A stretch of 64,000 nt of DNA from an uncultured Christensenellaceae bacterium. Lineage in GTDB: Bacteria > Bacillota > Clostridia > Christensenellales > UBA3700. Location: NCBI GenBank assembly GCA_944380305.1, contig CALWHF010000001.1:75600-139599 (forward strand), given 5' to 3'. The notes below the pieces were generated by a model that did no database searches, was not told the origin of the DNA, and saw only the letters and a list, made by a program, of their open reading frames with translations. Within the stretch, counting starts at the first letter, position 1. The number at the start of each line of letters is the position of its first letter. Shown here piece after piece: positions 20,180 to 30,614 of this stretch. Made by a program: the position numbers and the translations under genes.

Positions 20180-21151
20180 ATGACCGATCTTCTCGAAACA
20201 GAGATAAAAATCAAATACCTCAAAGACAGCTTCGAACGCCTGCTCGCGTCCAAGCTCAACCTGACCCGCGTCTCCGCTCCCCTTTTCGTACTCGAAGAGA
20301 GCGGCCTCAACGACAACCTCAACGGCGTCGAACGCGCGGTGTCTTTCGACATAAAAGAGACGGGCAAGATCGCCGAGGTCGTGCACAGCCTCGCGAAATG
20401 GAAGAGATTTGCACTATACGAATACGGATTCAAGCCGCAGAGCGGTCTCTATACCGACATGAACGCGATACGCCGCGACGAAGTCTGCGACAATCTCCAC
20501 TCTCTGTATGTAGACCAGTGGGACTGGGAAAAGGTCATTACCCGCGAGGACAGAAACGAAGAGTACCTCAAAGCGACCGTCGAAAAGATATACGAAGCAC
20601 TCAAAGAGTGCATGAACGCACTTCAGGGACACTTCGGCGAAAAGACGACTTCTCTCCCCGACAAGATCACTTTCGTGACCACCCAGCAGCTCGAGGATAT
20701 GTATCCCGACCTGACCCCTTCCGAAAGAGAGACCGCGTTCGTCAGAAAATGCGGCGCGATGTTCCTTATGCAGATAGGCGGCAGACTGAAAAGCGGCAAA
20801 AAGCACGACGGCAGAGCTCCCGACTACGACGACTGGGCACTCAACGGCGACATCGTGCTGTATTACCCCGTGCTGGACAGGGCTTTCGAGATCTCGTCCA
20901 TGGGCATACGCGTGGACAAAGAATCTCTCGTCAGACAGCTCGAGCTGGAAGGACAGACCAAGAGGCTTTCCCTCCCGTTCCACAAAGCTCTCATGGAAGA
21001 CAAGCTCCCGCTCACGATAGGCGGCGGCATAGGTCAGTCCAGGCTCTGCATGTTCCTTCTCGGCAAACGTCATATCGGCGAAGTCCAGTCCTCGATCTGG
21101 CCCGACAAGATGGTCTCCGACTGCAAAGAAAAGGGCATCACATTGCTGTAA
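20180..21151 (+). CDS. asnA: Aspartate--ammonia ligase (asparagine synthetase A)
   Basis: MTDLLETEIKIKYLKDSFERLLASKLNLTRVSAPLF is AsnA-like (class-II aaRS-like fold family). ATG 20180 is preferred over the TTG at 20171. Confidence 0.8.
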   Translation: MTDLLETEIKIKYLKDSFERLLASKLNLTRVSAPLFVLEESGLNDNLNGVERAVSFDIKETGKIAEVVHSLAKWKRFALYEYGFKPQSGLYTDMNAIRRDEVCDNLHSLYVDQWDWEKVITREDRNEEYLKATVEKIYEALKECMNALQGHFGEKTTSLPDKITFVTTQQLEDMYPDLTPSERETAFVRKCGAMFLMQIGGRLKSGKKHDGRAPDYDDWALNGDIVLYYPVLDRAFEISSMGIRVDKESLVRQLELEGQTKRLSLPFHKALMEDKLPLTIGGGIGQSRLCMFLLGKRHIGEVQSSIWPDKMVSDCKEKGITLL

Positions 21152-21191
21152 TACCCCGATTTTTGCAATACATATCACTAAAACGGCACAT

Positions 21192-21221
21192 AAAAAACGA
21201 ACGGTCACCCGTTCGTTTTTT
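21192..21221. terminator. Bidirectional hairpin terminator (after asnA)
   Basis: ACGAACGG-tcac-CCGTTCGT stem flanked by an A-run and a T-run. Confidence 0.7.
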
Positions 21222-21254
21222 GTATTATCCGCAAAACCGTATATGCGATCACGA

Positions 21255-21286
21255 TAAAAAAGCCGCCCGAAAAGGCGGCTTTTTTT
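21255..21286. terminator. Bidirectional hairpin terminator (after alaS)
   Basis: AGCCGCC-cgaaaa-GGCGGCT stem flanked by an A-run and a T-run. Confidence 0.7.
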
Positions 21287-21326
21287 GATTGCGTTGTCAT
21301 TGCTTGCACTCTTTGCATCGTCGATA

Positions 21327-23114
21327 TTACTCCGCGTCTATCGTAGCCTTGATACGACGCACGCCTGCGCTGGAGGACTGCTCTTTGAGCAATCTGAAAT
21401 GGACGAGCTGACCGGTATGCTCTGCGTGCGGTCCGCCGCATATCTCTTTGTCCACGCCCTCTATCGTATAGACCTTGACCATCTCGCCGTAGCGGCTGCC
21501 GAATACGCCGACCGCGTTCTGCTTGCGCGCCTCTTCGACGGTCATCTCCTCGCATACGACGGGAATGTCCTTTGCGATAGCGTCGTTGACCGCGTCTTCG
21601 ACCGCTTTTTTCTCCTCTTCGGTCAGAGGTCTGTCGAAGTTGAAGTCGAAACGCAGTCTCTCTGCGGTGATGTTGCTGCCCTTCTGCTGTATGTCGTCTC
21701 TGCCGAGAACTTTCTTCAAACAGCCGAGCAACATGTGCGTCGCGGTGTGCAGGTAGGTCGTACGCTTGGAAGTGTCAGCGAGTCCGCCCTTGAACTTCTG
21801 TTCCGCGCCCGCCTGCGACTTTTTCTGATGCTCTTCGAAGGCCTTGTCGTAGCCCTCTTTATCCACGCCGAAACCGTGCTCTCTGCATATCTCCTCGGTC
21901 ATCTCGATCGGGAAACCGAACGTATCGTAGAGCCTGAACGCGGTCTTGCCGTTGAGCTTGTCGCCCTGGACGTACTTGAGCACCTTCTCGATCTCCTTGA
22001 GACCGTTCTCGAGCGTCTTGGAGAATCTCTCCTCTTCCTTCTTCAGCTCGTCGACGATCTTGTCGGCGTTGGCTTCGAGCTCGGGATACACGTTCTTGTA
22101 TTTTTCGATATATATCTTCGCCAGGTCGACGAGCTTGGTGCTGTCGAAACCTATTTGTCTGGCGAACCTCACGCTTCTTCTGATGAGGCGGCGCAGGACG
22201 TAACCCTGATCCACGTTGGAAGGTACGACTCCTCTCTCGTCTCCGATAAGGAAGGTCGCCGTGCGGATATGATCGGCGATTATCCTGATGGCTCTGGTAT
22301 CCTCGTCGTTTTCTCCGTACTTCTTGCCGCTCTCTGCCGAGATCCTCGCGATCACGTCGGCGAAGAGGTCGGTCTCGTACGCGCTCTTGAGACCGTTGAT
22401 CATGCATACGGTACGCTCGAGTCCCATACCCGTATCCACGTTCTTCTGCTTGAGCGGCTCGAACTTGCCGTCCGCGGTGCGGTTGAACTCCATGAACACG
22501 TTGTTCCAGATCTCGACCCACTTGCCGCAGTCGCAGGACGGGTCGCAGTGATCGGAGCAGGCGGGCTTGCCGGTATCTATGAATATCTCGGTATCGCTGC
22601 CGCAAGGACCTGTCGCGCCCGCGTACCACCAGTTGTTCTTCTTGGGCAGATAGAATATCCTGTCCTTGGGTATCCCGTGTTTTTCCCACACGCTCGCCGC
22701 GAATGTATCTCTCGGACAATCCTCGTCGCCCGCAAATACGGTGACCGCTATCTTCTCGACGGGTATCTCGAGCACCTTGGTCAGGAAATCGAACGAAAAA
22801 CCGATCGATTCCTCCTTGAAATAGTCGCCGAGAGACCAGTTGCCCAGCATCTCGAAGAAAGTCAAGTGCGTTGCGTCGCCCACCTCGTCGATGTCACCCG
22901 TACGCACGCACTTCTGCACGTCGGTCAGGCGTTTGCCCGCGGGGTGTTTCTGCCCGAGAAGATAGGGCACGAGCGGATGCATTCCCGCCGTCGTGAAAAG
23001 TACGGACGGATCGTTTTCGGGTATCAGCGACGCGGACGGTATTACCGCGTGTCCGCGCTCTTTGAAGAATTCGAGATAACTCGATCTGAGTTGCTCCGAT
23101 GTAAGTTTTTTCAT
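21327..23114 (-). CDS. alaS: Alanine--tRNA ligase, short form (595 aa, no C-Ala domain)
   Basis: The N-terminus LRSSYLEFFKERGHAVIPSASLIPENDPSVLFTTAGMHPLVPY is AlaRS-specific. The editing-domain zinc motifs HTATHMLL (HxxxH) and CGGPHAEHTG (CxxxH) are present. The ORF ends about 25 aa after the second motif. Confidence 0.8.
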   Translation of the reverse strand: MKKLTSEQLRSSYLEFFKERGHAVIPSASLIPENDPSVLFTTAGMHPLVPYLLGQKHPAGKRLTDVQKCVRTGDIDEVGDATHLTFFEMLGNWSLGDYFKEESIGFSFDFLTKVLEIPVEKIAVTVFAGDEDCPRDTFAASVWEKHGIPKDRIFYLPKKNNWWYAGATGPCGSDTEIFIDTGKPACSDHCDPSCDCGKWVEIWNNVFMEFNRTADGKFEPLKQKNVDTGMGLERTVCMINGLKSAYETDLFADVIARISAESGKKYGENDEDTRAIRIIADHIRTATFLIGDERGVVPSNVDQGYVLRRLIRRSVRFARQIGFDSTKLVDLAKIYIEKYKNVYPELEANADKIVDELKKEEERFSKTLENGLKEIEKVLKYVQGDKLNGKTAFRLYDTFGFPIEMTEEICREHGFGVDKEGYDKAFEEHQKKSQAGAEQKFKGGLADTSKRTTYLHTATHMLLGCLKKVLGRDDIQQKGSNITAERLRFDFNFDRPLTEEEKKAVEDAVNDAIAKDIPVVCEEMTVEEARKQNAVGVFGSRYGEMVKVYTIEGVDKEICGGPHAEHTGQLVHFRLLKEQSSSAGVRRIKATIDAE

Positions 23115-23136
23115 AAAATATTACCTCTTTGTTCCG

Positions 23137-25257
23137 TTATTCGTAGAAAAGTATATCTGCATAGGTCGGGAACGGCCACATCTCCTGCGGCGTGACGCTC
23201 TCGAGCTTGTCTGCATATTCGCGCAGTCTCTCCATGACGAGTTTGACTCTGTCGCGGAAGAGGATCGCCTGTTTTTTTGTATCCGTCGCCGCAAACGCGC
23301 CGTCTTTTGCCGTCTGCAAAGCGTCGATATTGTCCTTGAGCCCCTTGACGAGCGCGCTGACGTTTTTGAGCATCGACTTCTGCACCGTCGCGCATTCGGG
23401 ATCTATCTTGCTTATCTCGTTCGCCTGTTTTGCGAGCGTATACTGCCATCTGAGCACTGCGGGAAGGATCTGGTTCCTCGCCATAAGCAGAGCCGTTTCC
23501 GCCTCTATGTTCGCGCTCTTGACGTAGTTGTCGAGATATATCGCGCGACGGCTCTCCATTTCCTTGACCGAAAGCAGGTTGTGCTTGAGGAAAAGCTCCA
23601 TATTCTTGGGCTTTACCATAGCTTCGTATGCGTCTACGCTGTTCATTGCCGTATCGAGACCGCGCTTTTTCGCCTCTTTCGCCCACTCTCTGCTGTAATT
23701 GTTGCCGTTGAAGATTATGCGTTTGTGGTCGTTGTAGGTCGTCTTTACAAGCTCGAGTATCGCCTTGTCCAGATCCTTCTTGGGCACTTTTTCGAGCTTA
23801 TCCGCCATTCTCGAGATCATCTCCGCGGTCATCGCGTTCATGATAAGAGTCGGCGTCGAAAGCGTGGCGGAACTTCCCACCATTCTGAATTCGAACTTGT
23901 TGCCCGTAAACGCGAACGGGGACGTACGGTTGCGGTCTGACGTATCCTTCTTGGGCTGAGCAACGTAACTGACGCCCATATTGATATACTGTTTCGTCGC
24001 GCTCGCTATCGTGTGTCCTTCGCTTATGTCGTCGAGAAGAGTCTGCATATCTCCGCCGATGAATACCGATATTATCGAAGGCGGAGCCTCGTGTCCTCCC
24101 AGTCTGTAATCGTTACCGAGGCTGGACGCGCTCATTCTCAGCAGATCGTAATATTCGTCCACGCCCGCAATTACCGCAAGGAAGAACAGCAAAAACACTT
24201 TGTTTTCGGACGGTTTGCTGCCCGGTTTAAGAAGGTTGAGCCCCGTATCCGTTCCGAGCGAATAGTTGCAGTGCTTGCCGCTGCCGTTTATGCCCGCGAA
24301 CGGCTTTTCGTGCAGAAGGCACGCGAGACCTCTCTGGTCTGCGACCTTTTTCATCGTCTCCATGATCAGCTGGTTCTGATCGGTAGCGATGTTCGCCTGA
24401 CAGAATATCGGTGCGAGTTCGTGCTGAGCGGGAGCGACCTCGTTATGCTGAGTCTTTGCGGTTATGCCCAGTTTCCACAGCTCCTCGTTGAGATCCGCCA
24501 TGAAATCCGAGACCCTGTCTCTTATGCTCGCGTAATACTGATCGTTTTTCTCCTGTCCCTTGGGAGGCATCGCGCCGAACAGCGTGCGCCCCGTAAACTC
24601 GAGGTCGTATCTCTTGTCAAAGTCCTTTTTGTCGACGAGGAAGTATTCCTGCTCGCCGCCGACGTTTGCGATGACTCTGCTCGCCTCGACGCCGAGTATC
24701 TTCAGAAGTCTGAGTCCTTCTTTGTTGATAGCCTCCATCGACTTGAGTAGCGGCGTCTTCTTGTCGAGTGCCTCTCCCGTATACGAACAGAACGCGGTCG
24801 GTATGCAAAGCACTCCCGCACCGTCCTTGGGCTTTTTGATGAATGCGGGCGAAGAACAGTCCCACGCCGTATAACCGCGCGCCTCGAAAGTCGCCCTTAT
24901 GCCGCCCGACGGGAAACTGGACGCGTCCGCCTCGCCCTTGCGCAGATTGCTGCCCGTAAACTCGAGAATCGCGTTGCCCTGTTTGTCGATAGAGATGAAA
25001 CTGTCGTGCTTTTCTGCCGTAGTACCCGTCAGAGGCTGGAACCAGTGCGTATAGTGAGTCGCACCGTTCTCGCAGCTCCACTCTTTCATCGCCTCGGCGA
25101 CCTTGTTGGCGAGCTCCTTTTCGAGCGGTTTGCCCTGGTCGATGACCTCTTTGAGTTCTTTGTAGGTGTCAGCAGACAGATATTTTTTCATGACGCTGTC
25201 ATTGAAGACGTGACAGCCGAAGAAATCCGTGATCTTTTTGCTTTCTGTAATTCTCAT
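23137..25257 (-). CDS. glnN: Glutamine synthetase type III
   Basis: About 706 aa. The N-terminus MRITESKKITDFFGCHVFNDSVMKKYL...THYTHWFQPLTG is characteristic of GSIII. The start is chosen at ATG 25257, preceded by GGAGA. The track ORF extends to 25281. Confidence 0.85.
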   Translation of the reverse strand: MRITESKKITDFFGCHVFNDSVMKKYLSADTYKELKEVIDQGKPLEKELANKVAEAMKEWSCENGATHYTHWFQPLTGTTAEKHDSFISIDKQGNAILEFTGSNLRKGEADASSFPSGGIRATFEARGYTAWDCSSPAFIKKPKDGAGVLCIPTAFCSYTGEALDKKTPLLKSMEAINKEGLRLLKILGVEASRVIANVGGEQEYFLVDKKDFDKRYDLEFTGRTLFGAMPPKGQEKNDQYYASIRDRVSDFMADLNEELWKLGITAKTQHNEVAPAQHELAPIFCQANIATDQNQLIMETMKKVADQRGLACLLHEKPFAGINGSGKHCNYSLGTDTGLNLLKPGSKPSENKVFLLFFLAVIAGVDEYYDLLRMSASSLGNDYRLGGHEAPPSIISVFIGGDMQTLLDDISEGHTIASATKQYINMGVSYVAQPKKDTSDRNRTSPFAFTGNKFEFRMVGSSATLSTPTLIMNAMTAEMISRMADKLEKVPKKDLDKAILELVKTTYNDHKRIIFNGNNYSREWAKEAKKRGLDTAMNSVDAYEAMVKPKNMELFLKHNLLSVKEMESRRAIYLDNYVKSANIEAETALLMARNQILPAVLRWQYTLAKQANEISKIDPECATVQKSMLKNVSALVKGLKDNIDALQTAKDGAFAATDTKKQAILFRDRVKLVMERLREYADKLESVTPQEMWPFPTYADILFYE

Positions 25258-25467
25258 ATATGTCTCCGATAACCGCCGCAAATAACGACAACACTATTAT
25301 ATATAATGGCGCGTCAAATAGCAAACACTTATCTGTGCTTTTTGCTATTTTTTTAACCGTAAGCCGTTTTTATAAAACTAGATATTATAAAATCGGCACC
25401 CCCGCAGTACCGTCCGACGAGAATGCCGATTAAATATTTTATAAAGTTATATTTGCCGAGTGCCGTG

Positions 25468-27879
25468 TTACTCCGTTCTGAGTGCCTCTACCGGGTCTTT
25501 CTTCGCCGCCACCGAAGACGGAACGAGTCCCGCTATCAGCGTCAGCGCGAAACTGACCACGATCATAAGCAAAGCGTGCCACGGCGACAGTACGCAAAGC
25601 GTGCCTATTTCGACCAGATTGTAGATGATAAGGTTTATCGGAATGCTGAGGATATATGTGACTATAACGCCGATAACGCCTGCCAGCAAGCCGATTATAA
25701 ACGTCTCTGCGTTGAATACGTTTGAAATATCCACTTTGCGCGCGCCGAGACTTCTCAATATACCTATCTCTTTCGTCCTCTCGACGACCGAGACGTATGT
25801 GATTATGCCTATCATGACCGAAGACACGACGAGCGATATTGCCGCAAAACATACGAGAACTATCGAAATTATCCTTATTATCTCGTTGAGCATGCTTGTC
25901 GCCATCTCGGACATATCGACGTATATCACTTTCGAGGACGGATTATCCGAATTCCACGCGTCGAGGTGTGCGATGATCTGCTCTTTGCCCTCGAAGTCCC
26001 TCGGGTAGACGTTCATGCCCGTCGGAGTGTCGTCCCCTCCGAGTTTCTGCATTGCCTTGCGATAGGTATCCTTCTCTGTAAAAGGCAACCCCGTGGTGAC
26101 GTCGGTCTCAGTATTCGCCGCCTGTGCCTCGACGACCCGCGATTTAGAGTTTATGTCAAGGAGATATTGAGTCAGTTCACTCGTATAGTTTATACCCAAA
26201 GGCAAAAGCGCGAGCTGTACTCCCTCTTTGGGACGGAGCACGCCTACGACCTCGATCTCGAGATTGGTTTCGCTCACGGGTGCGTTGAACAGTTCTTCGT
26301 ATTCGCTGCTAGTATCCTTTTCGGCAAAATATCCGTCGTCGCCTTCGACGTACAGATCGTCGTTGGCAACCACTCTGAGCTTTGTGCCGACTATCTCGTC
26401 AAAGGTCACCTGTTTCTGTTTGGTGCTGAACCCGAGTCCCAGAAGTACGCTGACGTTGGACTGGTTGAACGTATCCACGACGAGTATCACCTGGTTTTTG
26501 TTCTGCGGGAACGAACCTGCGACGAGATCGTATTGCGACAATATGAATTCTTCGTCGCCTATTATCTCTCTCCAGCCTATATTAGCCTTAGGCGTGATAA
26601 GTCCCGAAAAATCCATCCCTCCGCTCGAGTTGACCTTGTCGTAACTCACCCTGCCGACGGTATTTACCGTCTTGCCGACGACCGTGGTCTTCATCCCGTA
26701 CGAATAGGTAATACTGCTCGCCCAGCCTTTTTCCTTGACTTCGTTCACATAATCTATATAGTCCTGACCGAAGTCGTTTTCTATTACCGCGCTCGTTATC
26801 ATCTCGGACGGATTGTACTGATATATCGTATCCGTATCGGGATATTGCACCTTTTTGTCGCTTCCCGAAGTGCCGCCCATAAACATATTGAGCAACACGT
26901 TGGTATCGAAAGTCTCCTGCGCTATCTGTACGGGATAACCTGCGAGCACGGTCTGCTGAAGATCGTTGACGTAATTGGAAAATCCGTTGGAGATCGCGAG
27001 AACCAGGCATACGCCTATGATGCCTATGCTGCCCGCGATCGAAGTCATCAGCGTCCTGCCCTTTTTCGTCATAAGGTTTTTGAAAGACAGCTTGATCGCC
27101 GTCGAATAACTCATCGACGACTTCTTGAGTTTCTTTTTCTTTTCTTTGGCGGTAGCGTTGAATTCTTCGCTCTTTTCAGCGGTTATCTCGTCGTCCTTGC
27201 CGTCGTAGGGCATCGTGTCTCCGACTATCTCGCCGTCCTTGACGCTGACAATACGCGTCGAATACTTTTCGGCAAGCTCGCGGTTGTGAGTGACCATGAT
27301 CACGAGTCTGGTACGAGAGATCTCCTTGAGAAGTTCCATGACCTGCTCGCTCGTCGCGCTGTCGAGTGCGCCCGTAGGCTCGTCCGCGAGGATTATCTCG
27401 GGATTGTTGACTATCGCTCTCGCTATCGAAACTCTCTGCATCTGACCGCCCGAAAGCTGGTTGGGCAGTTTCTTCGTCTGTTCTTCCAGCCCGACGGTGC
27501 GCAACGCCTCTTCGGCACGTCTCTTGCGCTCGGCAAGCCCGACGCCCGAGAGCGTCATCGCCATCGCGACGTTGTCTAGTATCGTAAGATGCTGTATCAG
27601 ATTGTAGTTCTGAAAAACAAAACCTATCCTTATGTTGCGGTATGTATCCCAGTCTACGTCCTTGTACTTTTTCGTGGAGACTCCGTCTATCGACATGTCG
27701 CCGTCGGTGTATCTGTCGAGTCCGCCTATGATGTTGAGCATGGTGGTCTTGCCGCAACCGCTGTGCCCGAGTATGGACACGAATTCGGTACGTCTGAATT
27801 CGAGATTTATCCCCTTCAGGGCATGGACGACCCCGTCGCCCGCCTTGTAGTCTTTTGTGATTCCGTCTAACCTCAGCAT
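25468..27879 (-). CDS. Fused ABC ATPase / FtsX-family permease (MacB-like exporter)
   Basis: Walker A GHSGCGKTT, signature LSGGQMQRV and Walker B IILADEPT. A TM helix, a large extracytoplasmic domain and C-terminal FtsX-type helices follow. Confidence 0.85.
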   Translation of the reverse strand: MLRLDGITKDYKAGDGVVHALKGINLEFRRTEFVSILGHSGCGKTTMLNIIGGLDRYTDGDMSIDGVSTKKYKDVDWDTYRNIRIGFVFQNYNLIQHLTILDNVAMAMTLSGVGLAERKRRAEEALRTVGLEEQTKKLPNQLSGGQMQRVSIARAIVNNPEIILADEPTGALDSATSEQVMELLKEISRTRLVIMVTHNRELAEKYSTRIVSVKDGEIVGDTMPYDGKDDEITAEKSEEFNATAKEKKKKLKKSSMSYSTAIKLSFKNLMTKKGRTLMTSIAGSIGIIGVCLVLAISNGFSNYVNDLQQTVLAGYPVQIAQETFDTNVLLNMFMGGTSGSDKKVQYPDTDTIYQYNPSEMITSAVIENDFGQDYIDYVNEVKEKGWASSITYSYGMKTTVVGKTVNTVGRVSYDKVNSSGGMDFSGLITPKANIGWREIIGDEEFILSQYDLVAGSFPQNKNQVILVVDTFNQSNVSVLLGLGFSTKQKQVTFDEIVGTKLRVVANDDLYVEGDDGYFAEKDTSSEYEELFNAPVSETNLEIEVVGVLRPKEGVQLALLPLGINYTSELTQYLLDINSKSRVVEAQAANTETDVTTGLPFTEKDTYRKAMQKLGGDDTPTGMNVYPRDFEGKEQIIAHLDAWNSDNPSSKVIYVDMSEMATSMLNEIIRIISIVLVCFAAISLVVSSVMIGIITYVSVVERTKEIGILRSLGARKVDISNVFNAETFIIGLLAGVIGVIVTYILSIPINLIIYNLVEIGTLCVLSPWHALLMIVVSFALTLIAGLVPSSVAAKKDPVEALRTE

Positions 27880-28010
27880 GATGGTATCTCCTTATAATAC
27901 AGCACCTTTTATTGTATGCGCGGAGGCGCACCGTGTCAATCCGTTATAACGGGCGCACATAAGTTATTACCTATATTTTACACGTCAACCTTAAAGATTT
28001 TTTTGACCGC

Positions 28011-28044
28011 AAATCAAAAGCCGCACCGTATTTCTCGGTGCGGC
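28011..28044 (-). terminator. Rho-independent terminator
   Basis: GCCGCACCG / CGGTGCGGC 9-bp stem. A T-run follows on the minus strand, downstream of the 28064 stop. Confidence 0.6.
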
Positions 28045-28063
28045 GGAACGAATGCCCGAACCC

Positions 28064-28981
28064 TCAGACTGCTTGCAGGGTCTCTCCGCTTTCTGCCGAC
28101 TGGTACATCATCCAGTAACCCCTGCCTCCCTTCTCTATCTCGAGCCATTGGCGGCAACCCGCGTCTTCGCTCGGCGGATCCGACTTGTCGTCTCCCGGTA
28201 TCCCGTAACAGATGAATTCGGCGGGATCTCCGACCACCCCGACGACGTACCACTCGTCTTCGGTCCTGACCCTTACCCATCTCGAGTCGGGTATCAGCGC
28301 GGTCAGCTCGTCGTCTTTTTCGTTATCTGCAAAAAGCTTATCCATCTTTTCTTTTATCTTATCGAAAAACCTTCCCGTCTGTTTCTCCTCTCTGCCGATA
28401 TTGTCCTTGACTTCTTTCTCCTCTTCGCCTGAAGCCGAAGTCCCGACCTGCTCATTAACCGCATTGTCGGCAACGGTCTGTTCTTTTTCCTCCTCCCTGT
28501 CTTTTCCTCCGACCGAAGATTCTTCAGCCGCCGCGCTCGGTTCTTCGCCGCCTTTCACGGATGTCGTCTCCTCTTCGTGAGCTAATTCGTTATCTTTGAC
28601 GTGCGTCCGTGCCTCTTCTTCCTCGTTGTCCTCGGCAGCGTCCTGCGCCGCGACGATCCCGAGAGCGAGCAGTTCTTCCAGAGGCGCGAAGTCGTAACCG
28701 CATACGGTCGCTCCCGCACAAAGCACTCTCTTGTCGACATCCGCCACTATTGCCGCGCAGTCTCCCGAAAGGTCGGTGCGGGCAAGATATACTCTGTCCG
28801 CGCCCAGCCTGAACAGTTTTTTCTCGTCGCCAACAGCGACAGCCGCATACGCGTCTTTATGCCCGCCCGCAAGTTTTATCCTGACGTCGGACCTGTCTTT
28901 GAAACACTCGAATCTCGCGACTCCGCTGAGCCCGTGCGCGCCCTTGGGCGACAGCACCGCAGTCTTTTTCACAAGTATCAT
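28064..28981 (-). CDS. Hypothetical protein with central acidic low-complexity region
   Basis: 305-aa ORF. It has a structured N-terminus, a Glu/Asp-rich middle (EDNEEEEARTHVKDNELAHEEETT...) and a conserved-looking C-terminus (WVRVRTEDEWYVVGVVGDPAEFICYGIPG). I recognise no family. Confidence 0.5.
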   Translation of the reverse strand: MILVKKTAVLSPKGAHGLSGVARFECFKDRSDVRIKLAGGHKDAYAAVAVGDEKKLFRLGADRVYLARTDLSGDCAAIVADVDKRVLCAGATVCGYDFAPLEELLALGIVAAQDAAEDNEEEEARTHVKDNELAHEEETTSVKGGEEPSAAAEESSVGGKDREEEKEQTVADNAVNEQVGTSASGEEEKEVKDNIGREEKQTGRFFDKIKEKMDKLFADNEKDDELTALIPDSRWVRVRTEDEWYVVGVVGDPAEFICYGIPGDDKSDPPSEDAGCRQWLEIEKGGRGYWMMYQSAESGETLQAV

Positions 28982-29181
28982 TTCGTCTACCTCCGCTTTT
29001 TGTCGTCGTCATAATATATGCCGCGGCTTGCCTCGTATATAACGCAAAACAAAAACAGACTTTTTTCGACGAAAGCAGCTCGTTTTCGCATTTTGACCCA
29101 TAGCGCGATTTCGGACAAATAAAAAAATCCGCTCTCGAATAGCGGATCGAATTGGTTAAAAACCGTTTTAACCTACACGGG

Positions 29182-30000
29182 TCAGATAAATTCGCTGAGT
29201 CTCACGAAGTCGTCGACGTCAAGCGTCTCGCCCCTTACGTCAGCAGAGAAACCCGCCTTTGCGATTGCGTCGGCAGCTTCTTTCTTGCTTATACCGAAAC
29301 CCGCGGAAAGATTGTTCGAAAGAGTTTTTCTTCTCATCGCGAATGCTGCGCGTATAAGTTTTTTGACCTTCTTTTTGTCGACAGACGCGTATCTGTCGTT
29401 CATTTTCACCGTGACGACGCAGCTGTCCACATTGGGAGACGGATAGAACATCTTTCTCGATACCGTGCGGGTTATCGTCGCGTCTCCTTCGAGTCTGACC
29501 GCCGCGGTTATCGCGCCGTATTCCGCGCTGCCCGCCTCTGCGACAAGCCTGTCCCCGACCTCTTTCTGCACCATTACGGTAATGCTCTCGGGCCTGTTTT
29601 CGCATTCTATGAACCGCATGATTATCGGCGTGGTTATGTAATAAGGAAGGTTCGCCACGAGTTTGTAACGCTTGCCCGCCGCGCGTTCTATCTCGGCGTC
29701 GTCGGCTTTGGTCACGTCCTTGAACACTACGCTCGCGTTGGGAGAATCCGCGAGAGTTTCAGCGAGAACGGAACGCAGATTTTCGTCTATCTCGTACGCG
29801 ACGACCCGTTTTGCGGCGCGCGCAAGTCTCGCGGTAAGCGTACCCGCACCCGGTCCTATTTCAAGCACGACGTCGTCCCCGCATATTTCAGCGTCTGCGA
29901 CTATCGCGTCGAGAAGATTGGTATCGGTAATGAAATTCTGCCCGTAACGCTTATTGAACCTGAAAGCGTTTCTGGCAAGGACTTCTCTTATCTCACTCAT
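29182..30000 (-). CDS. rsmA: 16S rRNA (adenine1518/1519-N6)-dimethyltransferase
   Basis: RFNKRYGQNFITD...VLEIGPGAGTLT is the KsgA/RsmA signature. Confidence 0.9.
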   Translation of the reverse strand: MSEIREVLARNAFRFNKRYGQNFITDTNLLDAIVADAEICGDDVVLEIGPGAGTLTARLARAAKRVVAYEIDENLRSVLAETLADSPNASVVFKDVTKADDAEIERAAGKRYKLVANLPYYITTPIIMRFIECENRPESITVMVQKEVGDRLVAEAGSAEYGAITAAVRLEGDATITRTVSRKMFYPSPNVDSCVVTVKMNDRYASVDKKKVKKLIRAAFAMRRKTLSNNLSAGFGISKKEAADAIAKAGFSADVRGETLDVDDFVRLSEFI

Positions 30001-30613
30001 CTATCATTTCCCTTACGCGGAGTTTCGCGCCCGTTGCAGCCGCTATCTCTGCCGCCTTTTCAATATCTTCTTTTCCTATGCAGTCGACTACGGAGAACAC
30101 GACGTTGCCGCCGTGCGCTACGCAGAGTTTAGCAAAATCGACCATTATGTCGAATGCCTTTTTCCCGAAAATGCTGTGGCATATCGCGTCGTACTTTTCG
30201 GCGGTGACCTCGTTGAGACTTATACCTATCACGTCTATCGCTCTGCAAAGTCTTTCGCTGACGTCTCTGCCCAGTATCGCGTTGGCCTGCCCGTTGGTGT
30301 TTATGCGGGTGCGCAGTCCTTTTTTGTGAGCGTACGCGGCAACTTCCTCCAGGACTTCGAAACGGTACGTCGGCTCGCCGTAGCCGCAGAATACCAGCTC
30401 TTTGTATTTCGCGAGATCGAATTTGTCGAGCGCGGCTATGACCTCTTCTGCCGACGGTTCTTTGTCGAGCCACAGATCGTAGCCCTCGTAACCGTGCGGC
30501 TTTCTGCGGTCTGTATCGTAATTGCGCACGCAGAATTCGCAGGCGTTTGAGCACCTGTTCGTCAGATTAGCGTACAATTTGCCGCCTATTTCGTAAACGT
30601 ATTGTTTTGCCAT
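29993..30613 (-). CDS. Radical SAM protein (TatD-associated type)
   Basis: CSNACEFC (CxxxCxxC) near the N-terminus. The gene is small (206 aa) and sits between tatD and rsmA. Confidence 0.75.
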   Translation of the reverse strand: MAKQYVYEIGGKLYANLTNRCSNACEFCVRNYDTDRRKPHGYEGYDLWLDKEPSAEEVIAALDKFDLAKYKELVFCGYGEPTYRFEVLEEVAAYAHKKGLRTRINTNGQANAILGRDVSERLCRAIDVIGISLNEVTAEKYDAICHSIFGKKAFDIMVDFAKLCVAHGGNVVFSVVDCIGKEDIEKAAEIAAATGAKLRVREMIDE

Positions 30614-30614
30614 G

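Noticed and set aside
21285-23195. 636-aa plus-strand ORF opposite alaS
   Set aside because: It is a shadow ORF antisense to a clearly real AlaRS gene, and its translation is low-complexity.
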